Positions 35,435-44,977 of a DNA stretch of 64,000 bases are shown in pieces (within the stretch, counting starts at the first letter, position 1; each line of letters begins with the position of its first letter). The translations under genes were made by a program, and so were the position numbers. The stretch is from Escherichia coli. Lineage in GTDB: Bacteria; Pseudomonadota; Gammaproteobacteria; Enterobacterales; Enterobacteriaceae. Where the stretch lies: assembly GCF_041248615.1 (NCBI RefSeq), contig NZ_CP158426.1. One strand, written 5' to 3'. The notes beneath the pieces were generated by a model. The model worked only from the letters and a program-made list of their open reading frames with translations, ran no database searches and had not been told where the DNA came from.

Positions 35435-35856
35435 CAGGCTTCTCCTGTAATGGTGCCGCCGATGCGGTGAGATTTACCGCGAAACAGCGCAACCGTTTTT
35501 TGTTGTTGGTTAACAATTTCGATGTCGTAAACACCGGTTTGCTTGCCCTGATGACGTACCTGCGCAGTAGCAGTTAAGGTGTCTCCGGCAAAGCCTGGAC
35601 GCAAAAAATCAATCGTGCAGGCAGAAGCGACGGCTGCCAGCCCCTGGCTATTGCAGGCGTAGGCAAAGGCAGTATCAGCCAGTGAAAATAGCTGCCCGCC
35701 GTGGCAACTTTGATGACCATTAAGCATTTGTGCAGTGACGGTCATGGTCACTACAGCAAAGCCTTCATCCATTGAGATAATGTCGATGCCAAGCGCTTTG
35801 GCGCAGGCATCGTTCTCATACATTGCATGGGCATTTTGCCAGGCCTTATTACTCAT
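35434..35856 (-). CDS. paaI: hotdog-fold acyl-CoA thioesterase PaaI (140 aa)
   Basis: Track ORF 35434-35919 trimmed to MSNKAWQNAHAMYEND.... Confidence 0.9.
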   Translation of the reverse strand: MSNKAWQNAHAMYENDACAKALGIDIISMDEGFAVVTMTVTAQMLNGHQSCHGGQLFSLADTAFAYACNSQGLAAVASACTIDFLRPGFAGDTLTATAQVRHQGKQTGVYDIEIVNQQQKTVALFRGKSHRIGGTITGEA

Positions 35857-37273
35857 AACCGCTCTCCAGAAGCGCTCGTTGGCGCAGCAATGAACATGGG
35901 CGATAGCGTTCTTCGCCATAGTGATGTTGTAGATTTTCCAGGAGCCTTAATATTCGCTGCCAGCCAAGTTGCGCTCCCCAGGCAAGCGGGCCATATGGAT
36001 AATTCACCCCAAGACGCATGGCGGTATCGATATCCTGTTCAGAGGCCACGCCTTTTTGAAGCGCATCAAGGGCTTCATTGATGATCATTGCTACCGTTCG
36101 CCAAATCAGCATTCCTGGGTAATCTGCAATTTGCAGCACTGTTTTGCCCTGCTGTTGCAGGTAATAAATGGCCTTGCGGGTCGCTGAGTCCGGGTTCACC
36201 GCTGCCGCAGCAATGGTCACCACCTTGCCCGCCATTTTGTCGACCACTACCACCGGGCGTGCCAGTCGTATTGCCAGCGCCTGTGCCGTCTCGCCTTGTG
36301 TCTCAATCAATAAAACATCGTCAATTTCCGTGACACCGTCACTTTTCTTTTCTACTTTCATGGGGCTAAAACTGTCGCTTACCGCTTCCAGGCCAACAAC
36401 TGCCTCACGTTCCGCGCGCCAGTCGTACACGCCCAGCCCACTTTTCTTGCCCAACCGTCCACCAATCACCAGTTCCTGTTGCACCAGCGAAGGTAAAAAA
36501 CGACGCTCCTGCCAGAAAGCGTTAAACACCGAACAGGTGACAGCAAAATTGACGTCCTGACCAATCAGATCGGTTAATTCCAGCGGCCCCATCGGGAAAC
36601 CAGCGCCATCGCGAAGTGCAGCGTCAATCACTTCTGGTGCAGCAACCTGCTCTTCCAGTGCCCGCCAGGCCTCGGAATAATAAGGACGCGCAACACGGTT
36701 AACGATAAATCCAGGAGTCGAATGACAGCGCACAGGCTGCTTACCCCAACTCAACGTTAGTTCACACAACTGCTCAACAACTTCCGCTGCCGTTGCCAGC
36801 CCACTGACCACCTCCACCAACTTCATCACCGGTGCCGGGTTAAAAAAATGCAGCCCCGCAACACGTTCAGGATTTTTTACCTCCGCAGCAATCGCGGTTA
36901 TAGAGATTGACGAAGTGTTAGTGGTCAATAGCGTTTGTGGCGGGCAAACTTCCGCCAGCTGTGCAAAGAGCGCTTTTTTGACTTCCAGACGTTCAGACGC
37001 CGCTTCAATGACCAGGTCCGCAGCTGCCAGCGCGTGAATATCGGTCACCGGGATCAGGCGTTTCAATGTGCGTTCACAGGTTTCAGCAGTCAGTTTTCCC
37101 CGCGTCACTCGTGAATTTAGCCGCGCGTGTATCCCGTCGATTGCGCGGGTCAGCGCTTCAGCAGAAATGTCATACAGTAAAACCTGATGTCCATGACTGG
37201 CGGCAACTTCAGCAATGCCAGCCCCCATGGTGCCGCTCCCAATCACTGCCACAGTTTGCACATTTATCATCAT
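35849..37273 (-). CDS. paaH: 3-hydroxyadipyl-CoA dehydrogenase PaaH (about 474 aa)
   Basis: Track ORF 35849-37393 trimmed to MMINVQTVAVIGSGTMGAGIA (NAD-binding GxGxxG); ATGA overlap with paaG stop. Confidence 0.88.
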   Translation of the reverse strand: MMINVQTVAVIGSGTMGAGIAEVAASHGHQVLLYDISAEALTRAIDGIHARLNSRVTRGKLTAETCERTLKRLIPVTDIHALAAADLVIEAASERLEVKKALFAQLAEVCPPQTLLTTNTSSISITAIAAEVKNPERVAGLHFFNPAPVMKLVEVVSGLATAAEVVEQLCELTLSWGKQPVRCHSTPGFIVNRVARPYYSEAWRALEEQVAAPEVIDAALRDGAGFPMGPLELTDLIGQDVNFAVTCSVFNAFWQERRFLPSLVQQELVIGGRLGKKSGLGVYDWRAEREAVVGLEAVSDSFSPMKVEKKSDGVTEIDDVLLIETQGETAQALAIRLARPVVVVDKMAGKVVTIAAAAVNPDSATRKAIYYLQQQGKTVLQIADYPGMLIWRTVAMIINEALDALQKGVASEQDIDTAMRLGVNYPYGPLAWGAQLGWQRILRLLENLQHHYGEERYRPCSLLRQRALLESGYE

Positions 37274-37274
37274 G

Positions 37275-38063
37275 CTATTTCCCCGTGAACTGCGGTGAGC
37301 GTTTAGCCAGGAACGCACTGACACCTTCACGATAATCTGCGCTCCGTCCGGCAAGTCGCTGATAGTCACGTTCCAGATCCAGTTGCGTATCAAGCGTATT
37401 GGTTTCAGCGCTATTTATCGCTTGCTTGATAAGTCCAAGACCAAATGTCGGTTGTGTCGCCAGATGCCGTGCCAGCTGTTGCGCGGTATCTGCCAGCGTT
37501 TCATCATCAACAACCTGCCAGATCATCCCCCATTCGTGCGCCTGTTCAGCACTCAGTTGATTCCCCAGCAGTGCCAGCCCCATGGCGCGCGCTCGTCCGG
37601 CAACGCGTGGCAGTAACCAGGTACCACCGCAATCGGGTACCAAACCTAACTTACTAAACGCCATGACGAATTTTGCTGAACGGGCAGCAATAACGATATC
37701 GCACCCCAGTGCCAGTGTTGCGCCTGCCCCTGCAGCCACGCCATTAACTGCACAGATCACCGGTTTTGGCAGTTTTGCCAGGCGACGTACCAGTGGGTTA
37801 TAGAAACGCTCCACTGACATACCTAAATCCGGTGCGGGGCCTGTGGGATCAACGTTACGATCGTTAAGATCCTGACCAGCACAAAATCCACGTCCGGCAC
37901 CTGTAATTAACAAGCAACGGATAGTGTCGTCGCGCTCGACCTGTTTCAGGCACTCTGCCAGTTGTGCGTGCATCTCATCATTAAAACTGTTCAGGCGTTC
38001 CGGGCGGTTGAGCGTTAGTGTCATCACGCCCTTTTCTACATGACTGAGGATGAATTCCATCAT
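37275..38063 (-). CDS. paaG: 1,2-epoxyphenylacetyl-CoA isomerase PaaG (262 aa, crotonase fold)
   Basis: Track ORF; enoyl-CoA hydratase/isomerase family. Confidence 0.9.
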   Translation of the reverse strand: MMEFILSHVEKGVMTLTLNRPERLNSFNDEMHAQLAECLKQVERDDTIRCLLITGAGRGFCAGQDLNDRNVDPTGPAPDLGMSVERFYNPLVRRLAKLPKPVICAVNGVAAGAGATLALGCDIVIAARSAKFVMAFSKLGLVPDCGGTWLLPRVAGRARAMGLALLGNQLSAEQAHEWGMIWQVVDDETLADTAQQLARHLATQPTFGLGLIKQAINSAETNTLDTQLDLERDYQRLAGRSADYREGVSAFLAKRSPQFTGK

Positions 38064-38830
38064 TAGCGTCCTTTAAAGTCGGGCGTGCGTTTTTGTAAGA
38101 AAGCGGAGATGCCTTCATGACGATCTTCTGTTGCCGCCAGCAAGGTGAATAACTGTCGCTCCTGGGCAAGTCCGGCTTGCAAAGCCACTTCCTGCGACTG
38201 GCGCAGCGCTTGCTTTGCCGCTTGTAAGGCCAGCGGCGAGTGACGTGCCATTTTCGACGCCAGCTGTAAGGCGTATTCGAGGGTTAAATCGCTGGGGAAG
38301 ACGTCGCTAACCAGCCCGGCCTGCTGTGCTTGCTGAGCGGTGATACTTTCTCCGCTCAGCACCATTTTGCTGGCTAACGATTTACCGACACTACGGATTA
38401 AACGTTGCGTTCCGCCTGCGCCAGGCATGATGCCGAGAGTGATTTCCGGCAACCCAAAACGCGCGTTCTCTCCGGCAACCACCACATCGCACAACAATGC
38501 CAGTTCGCAACCCGCACCAAGCGCGTAACCGTTGACGGCTGCGATGAGTGGTTTGTTAAAGGCCTGCAATCGCGCCCATAGCTGCGGACGTGTATCGTTT
38601 AAGGTGGCCGCGAGATCTTTTTCTGCCATTTCGTTGAGATCGGCCCCAGCGGCAAAAAAGCGTGCATTACCGGTAATCACACAGACCGAAATGCTGGGAT
38701 CGATAGCCGCAGCTTCCAGCTCATTTACCAGTTGCGTCAGCAGGACATTATTCAGCGCATTACGTGCGGCAGGACGGTTAAGGGTCAGCAACAATACTCG
38801 TTGCTGACGGCTGACGATCAGTTCGCTCAT
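38063..38830 (-). CDS. paaF: 2,3-dehydroadipyl-CoA hydratase PaaF (255 aa)
   Basis: Track ORF; crotonase family. Confidence 0.9.
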   Translation of the reverse strand: MSELIVSRQQRVLLLTLNRPAARNALNNVLLTQLVNELEAAAIDPSISVCVITGNARFFAAGADLNEMAEKDLAATLNDTRPQLWARLQAFNKPLIAAVNGYALGAGCELALLCDVVVAGENARFGLPEITLGIMPGAGGTQRLIRSVGKSLASKMVLSGESITAQQAQQAGLVSDVFPSDLTLEYALQLASKMARHSPLALQAAKQALRQSQEVALQAGLAQERQLFTLLAATEDRHEGISAFLQKRTPDFKGR

Positions 38831-39897
38831 GCCATCCCCTTCGCGTCAAAGTCAACCACCACATCGCTGGTCAGCGGCAGTGCCTGGCAACTCAACACAT
38901 AGCCTGCAGCCAGTTCATCCGGTTCCAGACTGTAATTGGTTTCCATCGCCACTTTGCCACGCAGCACTTTGCATTTGCAGGTCGCACAGACGCCGCCTTT
39001 GCAGGCATAGGGCAGATCAGCCCCCTGGCGCAATGCCGCATCGAGAATGCTTTCATCGTCGGCATTAAGCACGATTTCCCGATCCCGCCCATCCTGACGC
39101 ACAGTCACTTTTTGTCCGTCACTTTGCACGTTAACGTTACGTTTGACGCGCGTGCCAGCCGTATTAAACCGCTCCAGATGAATCGCTTTTTCTGGCATTC
39201 CCAGTGCTTTTAAGGCAGCTTCCGCGTCATCCATCATCGCCGCCGGACCACAAATAAACGCCTCATCATAAAGACGAAAATTAATGAGCGAGGCCCCAAG
39301 TGACTGTAATTTTTCACCGTCAATACGCCCGTGAAGCAGATCGCTGTCGAGAGTTTCCTGACTGAAAATGCACAACAACTGTAAACGCTGAGGATATTTG
39401 TCTTTCAGGTCTGCCAGTGCCTGGCGAAACATCATGCTCTGGCTGGTACGGTTACCGTAAATCAGAGTGAACTGACTTTCAGGCTCGGTTTGTAAAGTGG
39501 TGGCGATAATCGCCAGCATTGGCGTAATACCCGATCCTGCTGCAATAGCCAGATAGCGGCCCTGGCGTTCGGCCTGTGGCTGATAGCCGAAATGCCCCTG
39601 CGGCACCATGACTTCCAGCGTCATCCCCTGGCGGATGTGTTCGCGGGCATAGCGGGAGAAACGTCCGCCTTCAATGGCTTTCACCGCCACACTAATTTCG
39701 CCAGGCAGGTAGCTACGGCAAATGGAGTAACAACGGCGTAATTCTTCACCATTAAGGCTGGCTTTTAAGGTCAAATGTTGACCGGGACGAAAGCGATACG
39801 CCTCCTGCAAAGGCTGGGGTACCGCAAAGGTAATGGTTACCGCATCACGGGTTTCTGGCTCCACTTTTGCCACCGTTAAGGAATGAAACGTTGTCAT
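38827..39897 (-). CDS. paaE: phenylacetyl-CoA oxygenase reductase subunit PaaE (356 aa)
   Basis: Track ORF 38827-40107 trimmed to MTTFHSLTVAKVEPETRD...; C-terminal plant-type 2Fe-2S ferredoxin Cys motif. Confidence 0.9.
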   Translation of the reverse strand: MTTFHSLTVAKVEPETRDAVTITFAVPQPLQEAYRFRPGQHLTLKASLNGEELRRCYSICRSYLPGEISVAVKAIEGGRFSRYAREHIRQGMTLEVMVPQGHFGYQPQAERQGRYLAIAAGSGITPMLAIIATTLQTEPESQFTLIYGNRTSQSMMFRQALADLKDKYPQRLQLLCIFSQETLDSDLLHGRIDGEKLQSLGASLINFRLYDEAFICGPAAMMDDAEAALKALGMPEKAIHLERFNTAGTRVKRNVNVQSDGQKVTVRQDGRDREIVLNADDESILDAALRQGADLPYACKGGVCATCKCKVLRGKVAMETNYSLEPDELAAGYVLSCQALPLTSDVVVDFDAKGMA

Positions 39898-39904
39898 GGC
39901 ATCC

Positions 39905-40402
39905 TCAAATACATTTGAAATAATCGAAAGGTTCGCGACAGCTATCGCAGCGATACAATGCTTTGCAGGCCGTGGAACCAAATTCACTGATAAGTGTGGT
40001 ATGGACGCTGGCGCAACGCGGGCAACGTACTTCTGGCGGCAAATGGGCATGGCAACTGTGTCCGGCGGGCGGGCTAATGCCATACTGTCGCAGACGCTCA
40101 CGGGCATCGGGGGTCATCCAGTCGGTGGTCCACGCCGGGTCGAGTTGCAGCACAACCTGAACGGGGGTAAACCCGTTGGTTGTCATTGCCTCACGTATCG
40201 CGCCAATCAAATGTTCCGTTGCCGGACAACCGGAATATGTCGGCGTAAAGCCGATCACCCATCCTTCTCCCATCTGTGTCACATTACGCACCATGCCTAA
40301 ATCAGTAATGGTCAGCACCGGGATCTCCGGATCCGGGATCTGGCTGAGTAGCGCCCATATCTCATGCACCTGTGGCGGTGCAATGGTGGCCAGACGTTGC
40401 AT
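39905..40402 (-). CDS. paaD: phenylacetyl-CoA oxygenase maturation protein PaaD (165 aa)
   Basis: Track ORF trimmed to MQRLATIAPPQVHEIW.... Confidence 0.88.
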   Translation of the reverse strand: MQRLATIAPPQVHEIWALLSQIPDPEIPVLTITDLGMVRNVTQMGEGWVIGFTPTYSGCPATEHLIGAIREAMTTNGFTPVQVVLQLDPAWTTDWMTPDARERLRQYGISPPAGHSCHAHLPPEVRCPRCASVHTTLISEFGSTACKALYRCDSCREPFDYFKCI

Positions 40403-40416
40403 ACCCATCTCCTCTG

Positions 40417-41163
40417 TTACCATTGCTGACCGGGTAAGACACGCTGGAGATACTGCATTTCTGCCACCATGGGTCCAAGGTGTTCGGTATGCAGTCCTTT
40501 TTTACCGCCAGTGCGATACGCCTGCTCTTGCGGTACGTTCAATGTGGCTTCGTTGAACCCAGCAAAAACTTCGGCTTCCCACGCTGCGCGTAAAGTGCGT
40601 GGGTCAACCGCAATACCCTCTTCACTCAGTGCAATATCAATCTCGTCGGCATCGAACAGTTCGGCGGTAAAACGCCACAACTTGTTGATGGCCTGCTGCA
40701 TCTTTTGCCCTGATACGTCAGTACCATTGCCCAGTCGCTCCAGCCAGCCACGACTAAAACGCAGGTGATAGCGAGCTTCTTTAATTGCTTTGGCAGAAAT
40801 CGCCGCCAGTTGCGGCTCGCGGCTTTCCATCAGACGGGTAAAGAGCGCCACATGCCATGCATCGATGAAATACTGACGTGCAATGGTGTCGGCAAAATTG
40901 CCGTTTGGTTGTTCAACCAACAATAAGTTGCTGAACTGGCGCTCGTCTCGGGTGAAGGCCAGGGTATCTTCATCGCCTTCTCCCGCTAATTCAGCGGCAT
41001 ACGATAAGAAGTTGCGTGCCTGACCTAATAAATCGAGGCCAATGTTTGCCAGTGCGAGATCGATTTCCAGTTCCGGTGCGTGACCGCACCATTCACCCAA
41101 CCGCTGGGAGAGCACCAGGCAGTTATCGCCCAGGCGCAAGGTGTAAGCCGTTAACTGATTCAT
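40417..41163 (-). CDS. paaC: phenylacetyl-CoA oxygenase subunit PaaC (248 aa)
   Basis: Track ORF trimmed to MNQLTAYTLRLGDN.... Confidence 0.9.
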   Translation of the reverse strand: MNQLTAYTLRLGDNCLVLSQRLGEWCGHAPELEIDLALANIGLDLLGQARNFLSYAAELAGEGDEDTLAFTRDERQFSNLLLVEQPNGNFADTIARQYFIDAWHVALFTRLMESREPQLAAISAKAIKEARYHLRFSRGWLERLGNGTDVSGQKMQQAINKLWRFTAELFDADEIDIALSEEGIAVDPRTLRAAWEAEVFAGFNEATLNVPQEQAYRTGGKKGLHTEHLGPMVAEMQYLQRVLPGQQW

Positions 41164-41171
41164 TTCCGACC

Positions 41172-41459
41172 TCACATGTGCTCAATGCCATCAGGGATGG
41201 TGTAAAACGTTGGATGGCGATAGACCTTGCTTTCAGCCGGATCAAAAAATTCACCGCGTTCTTCCGGTTGCGAGGCAACAATTTCACTCGCCTTCACCAC
41301 CCAAATTGAACATCCTTCGCTACGACGGGTATAAGCATCACGGGCATTTTCCAGTGCCATCCGCTCATCGGCAGCATGTAAACTGCCAACATGGCGGTGT
41401 GATAAGCCCTGTTTGCCACGCACGAAAACTTCGTATAACGGCCAGTAAACATTACTCAT
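41172..41459 (-). CDS. paaB: phenylacetyl-CoA oxygenase subunit PaaB (95 aa)
   Basis: Track ORF; recognised as PaaB. Confidence 0.92.
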   Translation of the reverse strand: MSNVYWPLYEVFVRGKQGLSHRHVGSLHAADERMALENARDAYTRRSEGCSIWVVKASEIVASQPEERGEFFDPAESKVYRHPTFYTIPDGIEHM

Positions 41460-41470
41460 TTTGAAACTCC

Positions 41471-42400
41471 TTATGCGACCTTACAGGCATGTTGTTTTTG
41501 TGCATGGGCCAGCGCAGCTTCCCGTACCCAGGTACCTTCTTCCCAGGCTTTACGTTTGGCGTCGAGCCGCTCCTGATTACAAATTCCGCGACCGTTTATC
41601 ACTTCGTTAAACTCCTGCCAGTCGATCTCACCAAAGCGGTAGTGACCGCTTTCAGTATCAAAATGCAGATCCGGGTCAGGAACGGTCATACCGAGCATTT
41701 CAACCTGTGGAACGGTGTTATCCACGAAACGCTGGCGGAGTTCGTCGTTGGTGAAACGTTTGATTTTCCAGGCGAGACTTCTGGCGCTGTTTGGCGAGTT
41801 ATCATCGTTTGGCCCGAACATCATTAAGGCTGGCCACCAGAAACGGTTAATGGCGTCTTGCAACATCTGCTTTTGAGCTTCGCTGCCCTGCGCCAGTGCC
41901 ATGCAGGCTTCAAACCCCTGACGCTGGTGAAAACTCTCTTCTTTGCAGATTTTCACCATTGCTCTGGCATACGGGCCATAAGAAGTGCGGCATAACGCCA
42001 CCTGATTGACGATCGCTGCGCCATCCACCAGCCAGCCGATAACACCGATATCAGCCCAACTCAATGTCGGATAATTAAAGATGGAGGAATATTTCATCCG
42101 TCCGTCGAGCATTTTTTGGTAGATGTCTTCTCTGGCGCAGCCCAGTGTTTCGGCGGCGCTATAGAGATACAGACCATGACCTGCTTCATCCTGCACTTTG
42201 GCCAACAGAATGGCTTTACGCCGTAAGGTTGGTGCGCGAGTGATCCAGTTACCTTCAGGCAACATACCAACAATCTCGGAGTGCGCATGCTGCCCAATCT
42301 GGCGGATCAATGTCTTTCGGTAAGCATCGGGCATCCAGTCCTGCGGCTCGATAGCCGTTTCCTGGGCTATCCGTTGCTCAAAGCGTTCTTCTTGGGTCAC
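41471..42400 (-). CDS. paaA: phenylacetyl-CoA 1,2-epoxidase catalytic subunit PaaA (309 aa)
   Basis: Track ORF 41471-42436 trimmed to the in-frame GTG giving (M)[13 protein letters not shown]... and the expected 309 aa. Confidence 0.88.
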   Translation of the reverse strand: MTQEERFEQRIAQETAIEPQDWMPDAYRKTLIRQIGQHAHSEIVGMLPEGNWITRAPTLRRKAILLAKVQDEAGHGLYLYSAAETLGCAREDIYQKMLDGRMKYSSIFNYPTLSWADIGVIGWLVDGAAIVNQVALCRTSYGPYARAMVKICKEESFHQRQGFEACMALAQGSEAQKQMLQDAINRFWWPALMMFGPNDDNSPNSARSLAWKIKRFTNDELRQRFVDNTVPQVEMLGMTVPDPDLHFDTESGHYRFGEIDWQEFNEVINGRGICNQERLDAKRKAWEEGTWVREAALAHAQKQHACKVA

Positions 42401-42684
42401 GTCATCACCTTTACGATTCCAGTTTTCGTGATTCAATCAAAAACACGAATCACATTGCTTTATGAAAGTTACACAGTGGTTAACTAAAATCACAAATTTT
42501 GTATATTTGAACTGTGACGGATTTCGCACCCTATTTTTATAAATCATTATTTATCAGTGTATTAATGTTTTTCGCAGTTGCTATACAGATCGCACAGTTA
42601 ACATTTCGTTAAAAGACCACTTGCTTTTTATGATTCGCGATTTAACTATTAGCAACGGAAATGTGAAACATCTGGAGAGTAGCG
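42401..42684. promoter_or_regulatory. divergent paaA / paaZ promoter-operator region
   Basis: 284-bp AT-rich gap between divergently oriented paaA and paaZ; in K-12 this region holds the Pa and Pz promoters with PaaX, CRP and IHF sites. Individual sites not mapped here. Confidence 0.6.
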
Positions 42685-44730
42685 ATGCAGCAGTTAGCCA
42701 GTTTCTTATCCGGTACCTGGCAGTCTGGCCGGGGCCGTAGCCGTTTGATTCACCACGCTATTAGCGGCGAGGCGTTATGGGAAGTGACCAGTGAAGGTCT
42801 TGATATGGCGGCTGCCCGCCAGTTTGCCATTGAAAAAGGTGCCCCCGCCCTCCGCGCGATGACCTTTATCGAACGTGCGGCGATGCTTAAAGCGGTCGCT
42901 AAACATCTGCTGAGTGAAAAAGAGCGTTTCTATGCTCTTTCTGCACAAACAGGCGCAACGCGGGCAGATAGTTGGGTTGATATTGAAGGCGGTATTGGGA
43001 CGTTATTTACTTACGCCAGCCTCGGTGGCCGGGAGCTGCCTGACGATACGCTGTGGCCGGAAGATGAATTGATCCCCTTATCGAAAGAAGGTGGATTTGC
43101 CGCGCGCCATGTACTGACCTCGAAGTCAGGTGTGGCGGTGCATATTAACGCCTTTAACTTCCCCTGCTGGGGAATGCTGGAAAAGCTGGCACCAACGTGG
43201 CTGGGCGGAATGCCAGCCATCATAAAACCAGCTACCGCGACGGCCCAACTGACTCAGGCGATGGTGAAATCAATTGTCGATAGTGGTCTTGTTCCCGAAG
43301 GCGCAATTAGTCTGATCTGCGGTAGTGCGGGCGACCTTTTGGATCATCTGGACAGCCAGGATGTGGTGACTTTCACGGGGTCCGCGACGACCGGACAGAT
43401 GCTGCGAGTTCAGCCAAATATCGTTGCCAAATCTATCCCCTTCACTATGGAAGCTGATTCCCTGAACTGCTGCGTACTGGGCGAAGATGTCACCCCAGAT
43501 CAACCGGAGTTTGCGCTGTTTATTCGTGAAGTTGTGCGTGAGATGACCACAAAAGCCGGGCAAAAATGTACGGCAATCCGGCGGATTATTGTGCCGCAAG
43601 TATTGGTTAATGCTGTCAGTGACGCTCTGGTTGCGCGATTACAGAAAGTCGTGGTCGGTGATCCTGCGCAGGAAGGCGTGAAAATGGGCGCACTGGTAAA
43701 TGCTGAGCAGCGTGCCGATGTGCAGGAAAAAGTGAACACATTGCTGGCTGCAGGATGCGAGATTCGCCTCGGTGGTCAGGCGGATTTATCTGCTGCGGGT
43801 GCCTTCTTCCCGCCAACCTTATTGTACTGTCCGCAGCCGGATGAAACACCGGCGGTACATGCAACAGAAGCCTTTGGCCCTGTCGCAACGCTAATGCCAG
43901 CACAAAACCAACAACATGCTCTGCAACTGGCTTGTGCAGGCGGCGGTAGCCTTGCGGGAACGCTGGTGACGGCTGATCCGCAAATAGCGCGTCAGTTTAT
44001 TGCCGACGCGGCACGTACGCATGGGCGAATTCAGATCCTCAATGAAGAATCGGCAAAAGAATCCACCGGGCATGGCTCCCCACTGCCACAACTGGTACAT
44101 GGTGGGCCTGGTCGCGCAGGAGGCGGTGAAGAATTAGGTGGTTTACGGGCGGTGAAACATTACATGCAGCGAACCGCTGTTCAGGGTAGTCCGACGATGC
44201 TTGCCGCTATCAGTAAACAGTGGGTGCGTGGTGCGAAAGTCGAAGAAGATCGTATTCATCCGTTCCGCAAATATTTTGAGGAGCTGCAACCAGGCGACAG
44301 CCTGTTGACTCCCCGCCGCACAATGACAGAGGCCGATATTGTGAACTTTGCTTGCCTCAGCGGCGATCATTTCTATGCACATATGGATAAGATTGCTGCT
44401 GCCGAATCTATTTTTGGTGAGCGTGTAGTACATGGGTATTTTGTGCTTTCTGCGGCTGCGGGTCTGTTTGTCGATGCCGGAGTTGGTCCGGTCATTGCTA
44501 ACTACGGGCTGGAAAACTTGCGTTTTATCGAACCCGTAAAACCAGGCGATACCATCCAGGTGCGTCTCACCTGTAAGCGCAAGACGCTGAAAAAACAGCG
44601 TAGCGCAGAAGAAAAACCAACAGGTGTAGTAGAATGGTCGGTAGAGGTATTCAATCAGCATCAAACCCCGGTGGCGCTGTATTCAATTCTGACGCTGGTG
44701 GCCAGGCAGCACGGTGATTTTGTCGATTAA
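42685..44730 (+). CDS. paaZ: bifunctional oxepin-CoA hydrolase / aldehyde dehydrogenase PaaZ (681 aa)
   Basis: Track ORF; N-terminal aldehyde dehydrogenase domain plus C-terminal MaoC-like hydratase domain. Confidence 0.93.
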   Translation: MQQLASFLSGTWQSGRGRSRLIHHAISGEALWEVTSEGLDMAAARQFAIEKGAPALRAMTFIERAAMLKAVAKHLLSEKERFYALSAQTGATRADSWVDIEGGIGTLFTYASLGGRELPDDTLWPEDELIPLSKEGGFAARHVLTSKSGVAVHINAFNFPCWGMLEKLAPTWLGGMPAIIKPATATAQLTQAMVKSIVDSGLVPEGAISLICGSAGDLLDHLDSQDVVTFTGSATTGQMLRVQPNIVAKSIPFTMEADSLNCCVLGEDVTPDQPEFALFIREVVREMTTKAGQKCTAIRRIIVPQVLVNAVSDALVARLQKVVVGDPAQEGVKMGALVNAEQRADVQEKVNTLLAAGCEIRLGGQADLSAAGAFFPPTLLYCPQPDETPAVHATEAFGPVATLMPAQNQQHALQLACAGGGSLAGTLVTADPQIARQFIADAARTHGRIQILNEESAKESTGHGSPLPQLVHGGPGRAGGGEELGGLRAVKHYMQRTAVQGSPTMLAAISKQWVRGAKVEEDRIHPFRKYFEELQPGDSLLTPRRTMTEADIVNFACLSGDHFYAHMDKIAAAESIFGERVVHGYFVLSAAAGLFVDAGVGPVIANYGLENLRFIEPVKPGDTIQVRLTCKRKTLKKQRSAEEKPTGVVEWSVEVFNQHQTPVALYSILTLVARQHGDFVD

Positions 44731-44977
44731 TCGGTCAATGAAGGGCAACGGCGAATAGTTGCCCTTTTATTTCACCAAATTTTGTGACGTTGTCACATTA
44801 TGCATGATGTGTATCTGTATTTTCAGGGCACTCACTGTATGAAAAGCTGGCACACCTGCCAAACAACCTGGCAGGTGCAGGCAATCCCCTTTACATCAGT
44901 ACTGATAATGTGAACCTGACTAAACCGCCCACAGAGCGCGGTTGCTAACAAGAACACAACATCTGACGAGGTTAATA